NCBI GenBank assembly: GCA_963693365.1
Contig: CAVNZM010000004.1
Span: forward strand, 12,754,588-12,818,587
Direction: 5' to 3'
DNA from: Amoebidium appalachense
Taxonomy: Eukaryota; Protista; Ichthyosporea
DNA: 64,000 nt
Below, piece by piece: positions 55,113-64,000 of this stretch. The notes beneath the pieces were generated by a model. That model searched no databases. It had not been told where the DNA came from and saw nothing but the letters and a program-made list of their open reading frames with translations. The position numbers and the translations under genes were made by a program. Positions within the stretch are counted from its first letter, which is position 1. Each line of letters opens with the position of its first letter.

Positions 55113-55835
55113 TTAGCACTTGTCCTCGGCCGAATGAGAGCCGTATGCGCCGTAGTTGAAGATGCGGCGGCCCCACATGTCGTTGACGTTGATGGCAAAG
55201 GCGAGCAGGAAGGCCATGCTGCCGGCAATGATGGCAAAGTAGCCGGCGGCGTGCATCAGCACGGTGGACTCGAAGGCCACGGCCAGGAGCTCGCACAGGA
55301 AGATCAGCGTGACGGAGGCCAGCATGGGGATGTGGTAGGTGGACACGCGGAACGACAGCACGGTGAGCATGAGCGCAAAGACGAACCACAGCCCGGCCTT
55401 GGCCATCTCGCCCTTGGGGCCGGGGGGCGTGAGCACGTGCGCGGCCACGAGGGTGTTGAAGAAGCCCGTGGCCATCCACGAGCAGCCGAAGGCCGTGAAG
55501 GCCCAGCAGCCAAAGATGCCGCCGCGCTGCTGCTCCCAGATGCCGGCCACCAGCTGCACCACGCCGCCCATCATGAACCCCCAGCACGTCAGCAGCGACG
55601 CAGACTCGGCCTCCACCAGCCCGGCCTTTGCGTAGCCCAGCATGATCGTGGCCATGGCGAACCCCACCATGCCGATGGGCCCCGGGTCGCAGCTGCGGTC
55701 CACGGCACCGCCCCGGTTTTGTGAGAGGACCATGTTGCTTAGCAATGCAACACGCGCTTCCAGCTCCCTTATCCTTGCATCCGCACTAGAACCGAACGCA
55801 AGGTCGCTCTTTGAAGGAATATCGATGGCGGCCAT
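55113..55835 (-). CDS. GPR1/FUN34/YaaH (SatP) family acetate/carboxylate channel, intronless
   Basis: DPGPIGMVGFAMATIMLG (variant of the NPAPLGL signature), GGVVQLVAGIWE, AFTAFGCSW and six hydrophobic helices. ATG 55835 is preferred because a TATA-like box lies at about 55962-55968. Confidence 0.9.
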   Translation of the reverse strand: MAAIDIPSKSDLAFGSSADARIRELEARVALLSNMVLSQNRGGAVDRSCDPGPIGMVGFAMATIMLGYAKAGLVEAESASLLTCWGFMMGGVVQLVAGIWEQQRGGIFGCWAFTAFGCSWMATGFFNTLVAAHVLTPPGPKGEMAKAGLWFVFALMLTVLSFRVSTYHIPMLASVTLIFLCELLAVAFESTVLMHAAGYFAIIAGSMAFLLAFAINVNDMWGRRIFNYGAYGSHSAEDKC

Positions 55836-55959
55836 CTTCTTTGTTGTTAGTGAACGAAACAAAAGGTAATTAGTGTACAGCCCATAGGCTTGTGCTGTGT
55901 GTAGTTTTGCGAAAGAAGTGATCACAAACGAGATCTGGCTGAAAATGAGGTAGCGTCTC

Positions 55960-56365
55960 ACTTATATACTCCGGGCGCCTCTCGCAGGAATGTGAGGCAG
56001 AGCCAAGGAGCATTCTCTGGAATTCGAGCAACGTCTGCTGAATGGCGAATCAGCCAAAGGGTATCCAATCAGGTGCATTTGCTTTTATGATCTCATCCGA
56101 TTGGCTAACACCGCTCGTGATCCGAGATCGCCCCCACGCATGCATGCCGGGCGGCTACTTACCACATACACAAACAAACGGACTCAACATCAAAGCTATA
56201 TCTATCCACTTCCCCTAATTATATTGAGCTAATTATGCTATCCTAAGCACTTCAAAAATTGATTTCGAAAAGATATCTTCAGCACTGTTAGGGACCTCTC
56301 AATGGTAGAGTTACTGCGATTGGCGGTCATCCCGGTGAAACACCAATCAAAACATTCACCAATCA
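55960..56365 (-). promoter_or_regulatory. Putative promoter of the SatP-family gene (TATA plus CCAAT boxes)
   Basis: TATATAAG on the minus strand at about 55961-55968; CCAAT/ATTGG near 56085, 56100, 56319, 56343 and 56359. Confidence 0.4.
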
Positions 56366-56734
56366 AATAAGTCAAAGGCTAAGTGCTAGCTTTATATAGC
56401 TAACGCTTCTGGAACATGATTGGTGAGTCATGTGGCACGCTAGTGACACGTACCAACCTGTTCAACATGTGACGGCGTTCTGTGGGCTTCTAATGTTCTT
56501 TCACTGTCAACTTGCCGAGTGTTTTCCCCGGCCCTTATCCACTGCCTGGTTGTGTCATACACATAAAAAAACATTCTTGTGCCCACGTGGTCGTGTCGGT
56601 GATCAAAGTGCCATACTGGGTATGGTACCTCCCTGATAATCGTGGCCCTCCTGTTGTTCCAGTGCACATGCATTGGTGGAGCAAGCCAACTTGATCTTGG
56701 CCAAGTGTGCCACTCGGAGAACGGCGCGGGTGGG

Positions 56735-56784
<50 letters not shown>

Positions 56785-56835
56785 AGGGGGGGGGAGGGTG
56801 GGGGGTGGGGTGGGGGTGGGGTGGGGTGTGTGTGT

Positions 56836-56868
<33 letters not shown>

Positions 56869-56972
56869 CTTGCACGGTTATGAGCTATGTATCTATGTGC
56901 TAAGGACGCTCTACACTATTATGTACACACACGAGTCGACGTGATATTTCTTCTTTTCTAACGCGATTTTTT

Positions 56973-57021
<49 letters not shown>

Positions 57022-57175
57022 CGAGCTCTCCGGCCTGCCGCTCCCCGATCACCCCCTCCGGGACCCCCCTTTCCCCCCCCCCCCCCCCCCCCCCAACCCC
57101 CCCCCCCCCCCCCCCTTCCCCCCCCCCTCAACCCCCCCCCCCCCCCGGTGCTTGGGAGGGTACCCCCGCCCCCCC

Positions 57176-57258
<83 letters not shown>

Positions 57259-57576
57259 CTTGATATCACCCCCTCTCTCCCCCCCCCTCTCCCTCTCCTT
57301 CTCCCTCTCTCTCTCTCCCTAGGCCTCGCTCTCTCTTCCCCCTCCCCCCCCCCCTCTCCCTCTCCCTCTCGGACCTCTCCCTCTCTCTCTCCCTATCCCT
57401 CTCCCTCTCTCCCTCTCCCTCTCTCTTGCTCTCTCTCTCCCTCCCTCCCTCTCCCTCCCTCCCTCAGCTCCCTCCCTCCCTACCTCTCCCTCTTTCACTC
57501 TCTCTCTCTCCACCCCACCCCACCTCCCATCACACACGCACACACACACACACTCTCTCTCTCTCTCTCTCTCTCA

Positions 57577-57654
<78 letters not shown>

Positions 57655-59613
57655 AGATCTCTCTCTCTCCGGCTCTCTCTCTCTTTCTCGGGACCCCGCC
57701 CCCCCCCCCCTCCCCACCTTTGCCTCAGGTAACCGTTCGGTTTGAAATATGTATGGCTACCCCCTCTCCCCCCCTCCCCCCCCTTCCCCCCTTTCCCTCG
57801 GCGGCCCGGGCCACCTATCCACCTCAAACCATGATTCTTTGAAATACTCGGTGGGGGCCGGTTATTTCCCCGGCGGGGGCCACTCCCCCTTCCAATATTA
57901 ATTCACCCCCATCACCACCTCCCCCCCCCCACCCCCCTCCCCTCCCCCCCCCCCAAGGCCTCCCCCCTCCTCCTCCTCCCCCACCTTCCCCCCCCCCCCC
58001 CTTCTTCCTCCCCCCCTTCTCCCCCCCCCCCCCCCCCCAACCCCCTTCGTAGGAAGCTTCCCTTCCACCCGCCGGGTCCGCCATAACCCTCCCTTGCCCA
58101 ATTGCAGCAACCCCTGTGTTCCCCAGATCAGCTGCAGGTCCCGCTCCCATTCTCCCCCTCCTCCCCCTCCCGCTATCCCCCCTCCCCGCCCTCCCTCCCC
58201 CTTCCCCCCCCTCTTCATCTTAGTGACCAACCCAATCAATTTTCTTGTCACGACATATGCATAGCTAGCTTGCAGGCTCATTGGTCAGTACATAGTAGGC
58301 GTTCACAAACACATGGTACACCTCACGCTCCTATCTATCCTTGTAATTGCTTGACTACATCAGTTGTAATAGTCCAGCCCGCCGTTATGTACTTATTCAT
58401 ATGATATGGAACAGAGCCGCTGATATTATTATTTGAAAACATCAAGGGTATTAGTACCTGTAAGTCACTTGTAAGGGCCACTGGCAGACTGGACTGGCGT
58501 GGCTACTCGAGCAGCTTCTACCGGCGCCTTGTGTGGCTGAGCCTGTGTGGTGCGGCAGCACGGGGATGTAGCGTGTAGACCAATAAGATCTATTGTCAAA
58601 CTCTATTGGTGTATCTGTAAGACCTCCTAGCTCCTGATCTCTGAACACCTTCGGAAAATGTACGTGGGACCTATTGCATTGTATCGACGCTTCAAGAATG
58701 TACAAATCATTGTTGTTGTACTCTGGTATATTTAGCGTGTGTTCATGAAAAACGGACTTACAAAATGGCTGTTTTAGAAATACTTCAGAGGATGAAGGAT
58801 TTCGATTTACATTTTACCATCTGACAGGCTCCATATTTCTCCTGGGTAGTCATGACCCCCTAACCTGGTGAAATTGTTGTATGTCAGAAACTTAACTGAC
58901 TCTCTAAGTTAACAGAGTAGTACTAGTAGTCTAGTACCTCAGTACCTGTATACTAGCGCACGATATTATCCTTCGAATACTATTTGGTCTGATTTTGATC
59001 TATACTTTTTTAGCGTTGGTTTTTATGTTGCTGGAGTGAGCCGCCAATAAAGTCACTATAGAAAGAGTTAAAGATAATAGTGCCACCTGCTGCTCTCAAG
59101 AGTCTCAGCCTCTCAGGCTGATGAAATTTTAAAGTGGAGGTTATTGGCGGTTTTATTCTCTTTTCTTCCTCTCTTCCTCAATACATCCGTTTTAAGATGA
59201 CTATCCTAGATCACCTTATTAATGCTGCACAGTATGATATTGTGATCCGGTGCCTTAACTTTCTTTCGGAGCTACCGATGCTAGCCTCTGCTTACCCATC
59301 AATATGTAATAGGGGTGTCATATACTACGATGGCGCTCATTGTTGCCTAGCATGTACATATGTCACTGGCTGCATTTGATTGGCTGCGCTGGAAAACGCA
59401 GTAGGCCGTCGAATGTGGCTGGGCCTCCAGCAGTGTCCACGCAATAAAAAGTGTGTAAACCCTTTTAAAGTGGCTATGTGCAAAACGCTTCAAAAATTAG
59501 GTTTCGGGGGACTTCATCCGTTTATTGAAGTGCCAATCAAAACAAATGTTTACAGATCCTTGAGATCACAGGAATGCAACTGCGTGCTTTGGAATGTGCC
59601 GCTCAGGCGGCTC

Positions 59614-59979
59614 TTGGGATATTCGGGTTGGTTGTAAGGTTTTCCGGGTCGGGCCGAAGGCCCTAACGGGCCGCAGGCCCGTCTATTGGGCCATAGGCCC
59701 TAGGCCGCTAGGCCTGGGGCCCGGGGACCCGGGGACCGGGGGGCCCGGCCCGGCCCGCGAGCCACCCCCCCCCCCCCGGCCCGGCCCGGCCCCGGGGTTA
59801 GCAGAGGGCCGGGCCGGGGGGGGGGGGTGGCTCGCGGGCCGGGCCGGGCCCCCCGGTCCCCCGGGTCCCCGGGCCCCAGGCCTAGCGGCCTAGGGCCTAT
59901 GGCCCAATAGACGGGCCTGCGGCCCGTTAGGGCCTTCGGCCCGACCCGGAAAACCTTACAACCAACCCGAATATCCCAA
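59614..59979. repeat. 366-bp GC-rich near-perfect palindrome (174-bp arms, 18-nt loop)
   Basis: 59614-59787 is the reverse complement of 59806-59979 apart from two homopolymer-length differences; loop GGCCCCGGGGTTAGCAGA. Confidence 0.95.
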
Positions 59980-60227
59980 TATTGCTTCATTCTGATTGGT
60001 TGTCACACCACGGGGTTTCCCGATTGTTCTTCGAATGACATTTGCTATCACTATCAGACAGTTCTCCAATATCAGAACAGAAAACGGTCTCTACCCAGAT
60101 GGCCAGATGGCCAGGTCAAATTCAGTGTGTGGAAAAAGGTGGATAAAACGGGATAAAACGGTGAGCAAAATGATCTGGCCATCTGGCCATGTGGCCATGG
60201 AATCTCTATATCTAAAAATAGCTGCCA

Positions 60228-60450
60228 CTGCGCCGGGGCGTGGTTCCGGGAGGCAGGGGAGGCACGTGAGCACTCACTGGCCCTGCGCCGGGGCGTGGTT
60301 CCGGGAGGCAGGGGAGGCACGTGAGCACTCACTGGCCCTGCGCCGGGCCTGGTTCCGGGAGGCAGGGGAGCAGGGGAGGCAGGGGAGCAGGGGAGGCAGG
60401 GGGGGGCACGTGAGCACTCACTGGGGCCTGGTTCCGGGAGGCAGGGGGGC
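60228..60450. repeat. 55-bp GC-rich tandem repeat (2 exact units plus degenerate ones)
   Basis: Unit ctgcgccggggcgtggttccgggaggcaggggaggcacgtgagcactcactggcc at 60228 and 60283, decaying from 60338. Confidence 0.9.
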
Positions 60451-60626
60451 TGGGGGGGGCACCCAGTGTGTGGGTGTGCATGTGGCAGGGGAGCAGGGGG
60501 GCAGGGGGGCAGGGGGGCAGGGGGGACTGGGGAGCAGGGGGGCTGGGGAGACTGGCATGCCACTCACGGGGAGGATAGTGTATGTTGGCACGTGTGGGTG
60601 TGTGGGTGATAAAGGCAGAAGCCACA

Positions 60627-61323
60627 ACACGTGTGGTGTCTAAACAGCCTATAGGCATGCTCCGTGTGCAGGCACCAATTTCTACCTCTTCTGGTTGGTG
60701 CCAAGAGGCAGCGCCCTACACGTGTGGTGTCTAAACAGCCTATAGGCATGCTCCGTGTGCAGGCACCAATTTCTACCTCTTCTGGTTGGTGCCAAGAGGC
60801 AGCGCCCTACACGTGTGGTGTCTAAACAGCCTATAGGCATGCTCCGTGTGCAGGCACCAATTTCTACCCTCTTCTGGTTGGTGCCAAGAGGCAGCGCCCT
60901 ACACGTGTGGTGTCTAAACAGCCTATAGGCATGCTCCGTGTGCAGGCACCAATTTCTACCCTCTTCTGGTTGGTGCCAAGAGGCAGCGCCCTACACGTGT
61001 GGTGTCTAAACAGCCTATAGGCATGCTCCGTGTGCAGGCACCAATTTCTACCCTCTTCTGGTTGGTGCCAAGAGGCAGCGCCCTACACGTGTGGTGTCTA
61101 AACAACCTATAGGCATGCTCCGTGTGCAGGCACCAATTTCTACCCTCTTCTGGTTGGTGCCAAGAGGCAGCGCCCTACACGTGTGGTGTCTAAACAGCCT
61201 ATAGGCATGCTCCGTGTGCAGGCACCAATTTCTACCCTCTTCTGGTTGGTGCCAAGAGGCAGCGCCCTACACGTGTGGTGTCTAAACAGCCTATAGGCAT
61301 GCTCCGTGTGCAGGCACCAATTT
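60627..61323. repeat. 91/92-bp tandem array, 7 full units plus 1 partial
   Basis: Units start at 60627, 60718, 60809, 60901, 60993, 61085, 61177 and 61269 and are nearly identical. Confidence 0.97.
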
Positions 61324-61616
61324 GTTGTGCCTTCCTTTTTTGGTTAGATCTATACCCGGCCAATGGTTAGCAGCCACGGGTTTGTTTTCATCAAGCTTAG
61401 ACGTGATACTTTGCCAACCATCAAGGCCGTTTGAGTGACAATGACCGTTGATTGGAGAGATCTATCCCATTGAGCCTTGGCACCATTGCTGTAAGCTGCT
61501 TTGTACCGTGGCATATAAAAGCAGCACACACGGTCACATTCACTCATTTCAACACTGACACTCAATAGTAAAAGGCGACACACAACAAACTTGTTTTTCA
61601 AACACTCACACGAAAC

Positions 61617-62837
61617 ATGGATTCTTGGAAAGAGGAGCTTCAACAGCTGCAGAAGCGCTTTGATTTTCTGTACACGGACCATTCGTCTCGCTTAACGGCC
61701 CTGCACACCGACGTCACCAGCCTCCGCACCGACCTCACCAGCCTCCGCAGTCAAGTGACCAATGAGAATGCTGCGCGTACCCCCCGACCCCCCCAACCCC
61801 AGCCCTCTGATGTAGAGGCACGACTGAGGGCAGCCGAAGAGCAGATCAAGACCCTGCAGGCCGAGCTTGCCAGCCTGCAACGGGCTGCAGCACCCCGTCG
61901 GGATGGCCAGGTGGCCTATGAAAACTACATTTTCAGTGGCCCTCGCAAGACTACCATTGCCGCCAACACCACCACTGTGACTGCTGACCCCACCCCTGCC
62001 GCCAACACCACCACTGTGACTGCCCCCACCCCTGCCGCAAAGACCACCCCTGTGACTGCCCCCACCCCTGTCGCAAAGACCGCCCCTGTGACTGCCCCCA
62101 CCCCTGCCGCAAAGACCACCCCTGTGACTGCCCCCACCCCTGTCGCAAAGACCGCCCCTGTGACTGCCCCCACCCCTGCCGCCAAGACCACTCCTGCCAA
62201 GACCACCCCTACCACCAAGACCACTCCTGCCAAGACCACCCCTACCACCAAGACCACTCCTGCCAAGACCACCCCTACCACCAAGACCACTCCTGCCAAG
62301 ACCACCCCTGCCGCTAAGCCCAGGCCCAAGCACACCAAAACACCTGAGACTTCGTTGCATGACCATACGATGGACCTCGATGCACAGCTAACTAGTGTGA
62401 GGGGGGAGCTCCAGAATGCTCGAGAGCGTGTCAAAGAGGCAAAGGCGGCTGAAGATGAAATGGCGGAGGGCCTGGCCATTGCTGCTGTGTGTGCAGCCCA
62501 AAACACCATAAAAAGCATCCGAAGGAAGATTCTGCGACGGGAGAAGAACTTGAAGGCATACACAGGTGGTAATGAGTCTGTCTCTTCACCTGCCTCACCC
62601 ACCAAACGCGTCCATGATCAATGTGATTGGGACTCAGATGAAGCATTCAACCCCAAGCGGCTCAAACGACGGGCAAATCAGGTACTCGATGATATGACAG
62701 ATGACGAATCTGCGTCTGATCGTGAGTCGGTCGTGTATGACCGCAAACCTGAACCCAAACATAAACAAACTGAAGAAATTCCCCTCATTGATCTTGACCA
62801 GGAAGAGTTTGACCAGTATGAGCATGAGATGTACTGA
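61617..62837 (+). CDS. Intronless orphan protein, 406 aa: coiled coil, Thr/Pro/Ala repeat linker, second coiled coil, basic motif, acidic tail
   Basis: Long open frame with an A-rich leader (cgaaacATGG) and T-rich trailer; heptad pattern LTALHTDVTSLRTDLTSLRSQV; PKRLKRR. Confidence 0.75.
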   Translation: MDSWKEELQQLQKRFDFLYTDHSSRLTALHTDVTSLRTDLTSLRSQVTNENAARTPRPPQPQPSDVEARLRAAEEQIKTLQAELASLQRAAAPRRDGQVAYENYIFSGPRKTTIAANTTTVTADPTPAANTTTVTAPTPAAKTTPVTAPTPVAKTAPVTAPTPAAKTTPVTAPTPVAKTAPVTAPTPAAKTTPAKTTPTTKTTPAKTTPTTKTTPAKTTPTTKTTPAKTTPAAKPRPKHTKTPETSLHDHTMDLDAQLTSVRGELQNARERVKEAKAAEDEMAEGLAIAAVCAAQNTIKSIRRKILRREKNLKAYTGGNESVSSPASPTKRVHDQCDWDSDEAFNPKRLKRRANQVLDDMTDDESASDRESVVYDRKPEPKHKQTEEIPLIDLDQEEFDQYEHEMY

Positions 62838-63237
62838 TTTGATTGGTCGACTAAGTGGCATTCTCTTTTGATTTGTATTTGAATTGATCGGTCTTGATTT
62901 ATTTGTTTCTTTTCTCTTTTAGTTTGTATTTGAATATACTCGGTCCAAGTTGATTTGTTCTTTGTAATCTGACTAGACTATCATGTACGTACGTACTCTT
63001 TTTCTATACAATCACTTGTGTTCATATTAAAGGATTCTGTGTACGTGGACCACGGAAACATACACCATTTTTTGCAGTGCTTCATGCTATAAAATAACCA
63101 TGAGAGACACAAACAAATACACTAAGTGTGTACACGTCTACCCATAGGCCCAAGTGTTGACATGTCTGCCCACAGTTCCCTAAGGCTTAAAGCACACATC
63201 TGCCTGTATGCCATAAACTTTACTTTCACCACAAGAC

Positions 63238-64000
63238 ACCCACCTAAGTACACTCTGCACCACCCTAAGTACACTGTGGTGCACAGCCCCACCCTAAGTA
63301 CACGTCTGCACCACCCTAAGTACACTGTGGTGCACAGCCCCACCCTAAGTACACGTCTGCACCACCCTAAGTACACTGTGGTGCACAGCCCCACCCTAAG
63401 TACACGTCTGCACCACCCTAAGTACACCTCTGCACCACCCTAAGTACACGTCTGCACCACCCTAAGTACACCTCTGCACCACCCTAAGTACACCTCTGCA
63501 CCACCCTAAGTACACCTCTGCACAGCCCTAAGTACACCTCTGCACCACCCTAAGTACACCTCTGCACCACCCTAAGTACACCTCTGCACAGCCCTAAGTA
63601 CACCTCTGCACCACCCTAAGTACACTCTGCACCACCCTAAGTACACCTCTGCACAGCCCCACCCTAAGTACACTCTGCACCACCCTAAGTACACGTCTGC
63701 ACCACCCTAAGTACACTCTGCACAGCCCCACCCTAAGTACACGTCTGCACCACCCTAAGTACACGTCTGCACCACCCTAAGTACACCTCTGCACCACCCT
63801 AAGTACACGTCTGCACCACCCTAAGTACACCTCTGCACCACCCTAAGTACACGTCTGCACCACCCTAAGTACACGTCTGCACCACCCTAAGTACACCTCT
63901 GCACCACCCTAAGTACACGTCTGCACCACCCTAAGTACACCTCTGCACCACCCTAAGTACACGTCTACACCATCCTAAGTACACGTCTGCACAGCCCCAC
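63238..64000. repeat. Minisatellite of mostly 21-22-bp units with core CACCCTAAGTACAC; continues past the window end
   Basis: Three 51-bp higher-order dimers, then monomer variants CACCACCCTAAGTACAC(G/C)TCTG. Confidence 0.95.

Larger units (their letters stand above)
59465..64000. mobile_element. Probable arm of a large repeat-rich mobile or endogenous viral element (class unknown)
   Basis: CA microsatellites and spliced-gene texture disappear; palindrome, three arrays and an intronless orphan ORF are clustered. No transposase or viral hallmark gene lies in the window, and the left boundary is tentative. Confidence 0.45.

Noticed and set aside
55078-55724. Overlapping alternative-frame and antisense ORFs at the SatP gene
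   Set aside because: Expected by-product of very high GC3 in the real gene.
58451-58705. 84-aa minus-strand ORF
   Set aside because: Short, non-ATG start and no recognisable motif; could be an exon but cannot be supported.
60670-60705. Hammerhead ribozyme on the minus strand of the 91-mer (CAGAAGA...GAAA)
   Set aside because: The core reads CAGA rather than CUGA, and there is no stem III or cleavage triplet.
60627-61323. CRISPR-like array
   Set aside because: Units are essentially identical along their whole length, with no unique spacers and no cas-like gene.
61692-62605. Long minus-strand ORFs (224 and 226 aa)
   Set aside because: Antisense shadows of the repeat region in ORF 61617-62837.
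63238-64000. True telomere or CRISPR array
   Set aside because: Strand orientation is wrong for a right chromosome end, and the variable parts recur rather than being unique spacers.

Overview
Eukaryotic genomic DNA with GT-AG introns stuffed with poly-C/poly-G and CA/CT microsatellites; most short ORFs in the supplied track are low-complexity noise. Genes assembled by hand: a divergent SMC-family ATPase (minus strand, runs off the window start), a spliced coiled-coil hypothetical gene, an intron-containing H3.3-like histone with a histone-type 3' stem-loop, two small membrane proteins, a cytosolic tryptophanyl-tRNA synthetase with an N-terminal WHEP domain, a GH18 chitinase-like protein ending in PDEL, and an intronless GC-rich GPR1/FUN34/YaaH (SatP) channel. 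Non-genic features include a hAT-type MITE, a dispersed poly(C)-tailed intronic repeat family and, from about 59.5 kb to the end, a compositionally distinct module: a 366-bp GC-rich palindrome, three different tandem arrays and one intronless orphan ORF. That module is probably the arm of a large mobile or viral element. A unicellular opisthokont host is my inference and is not established.
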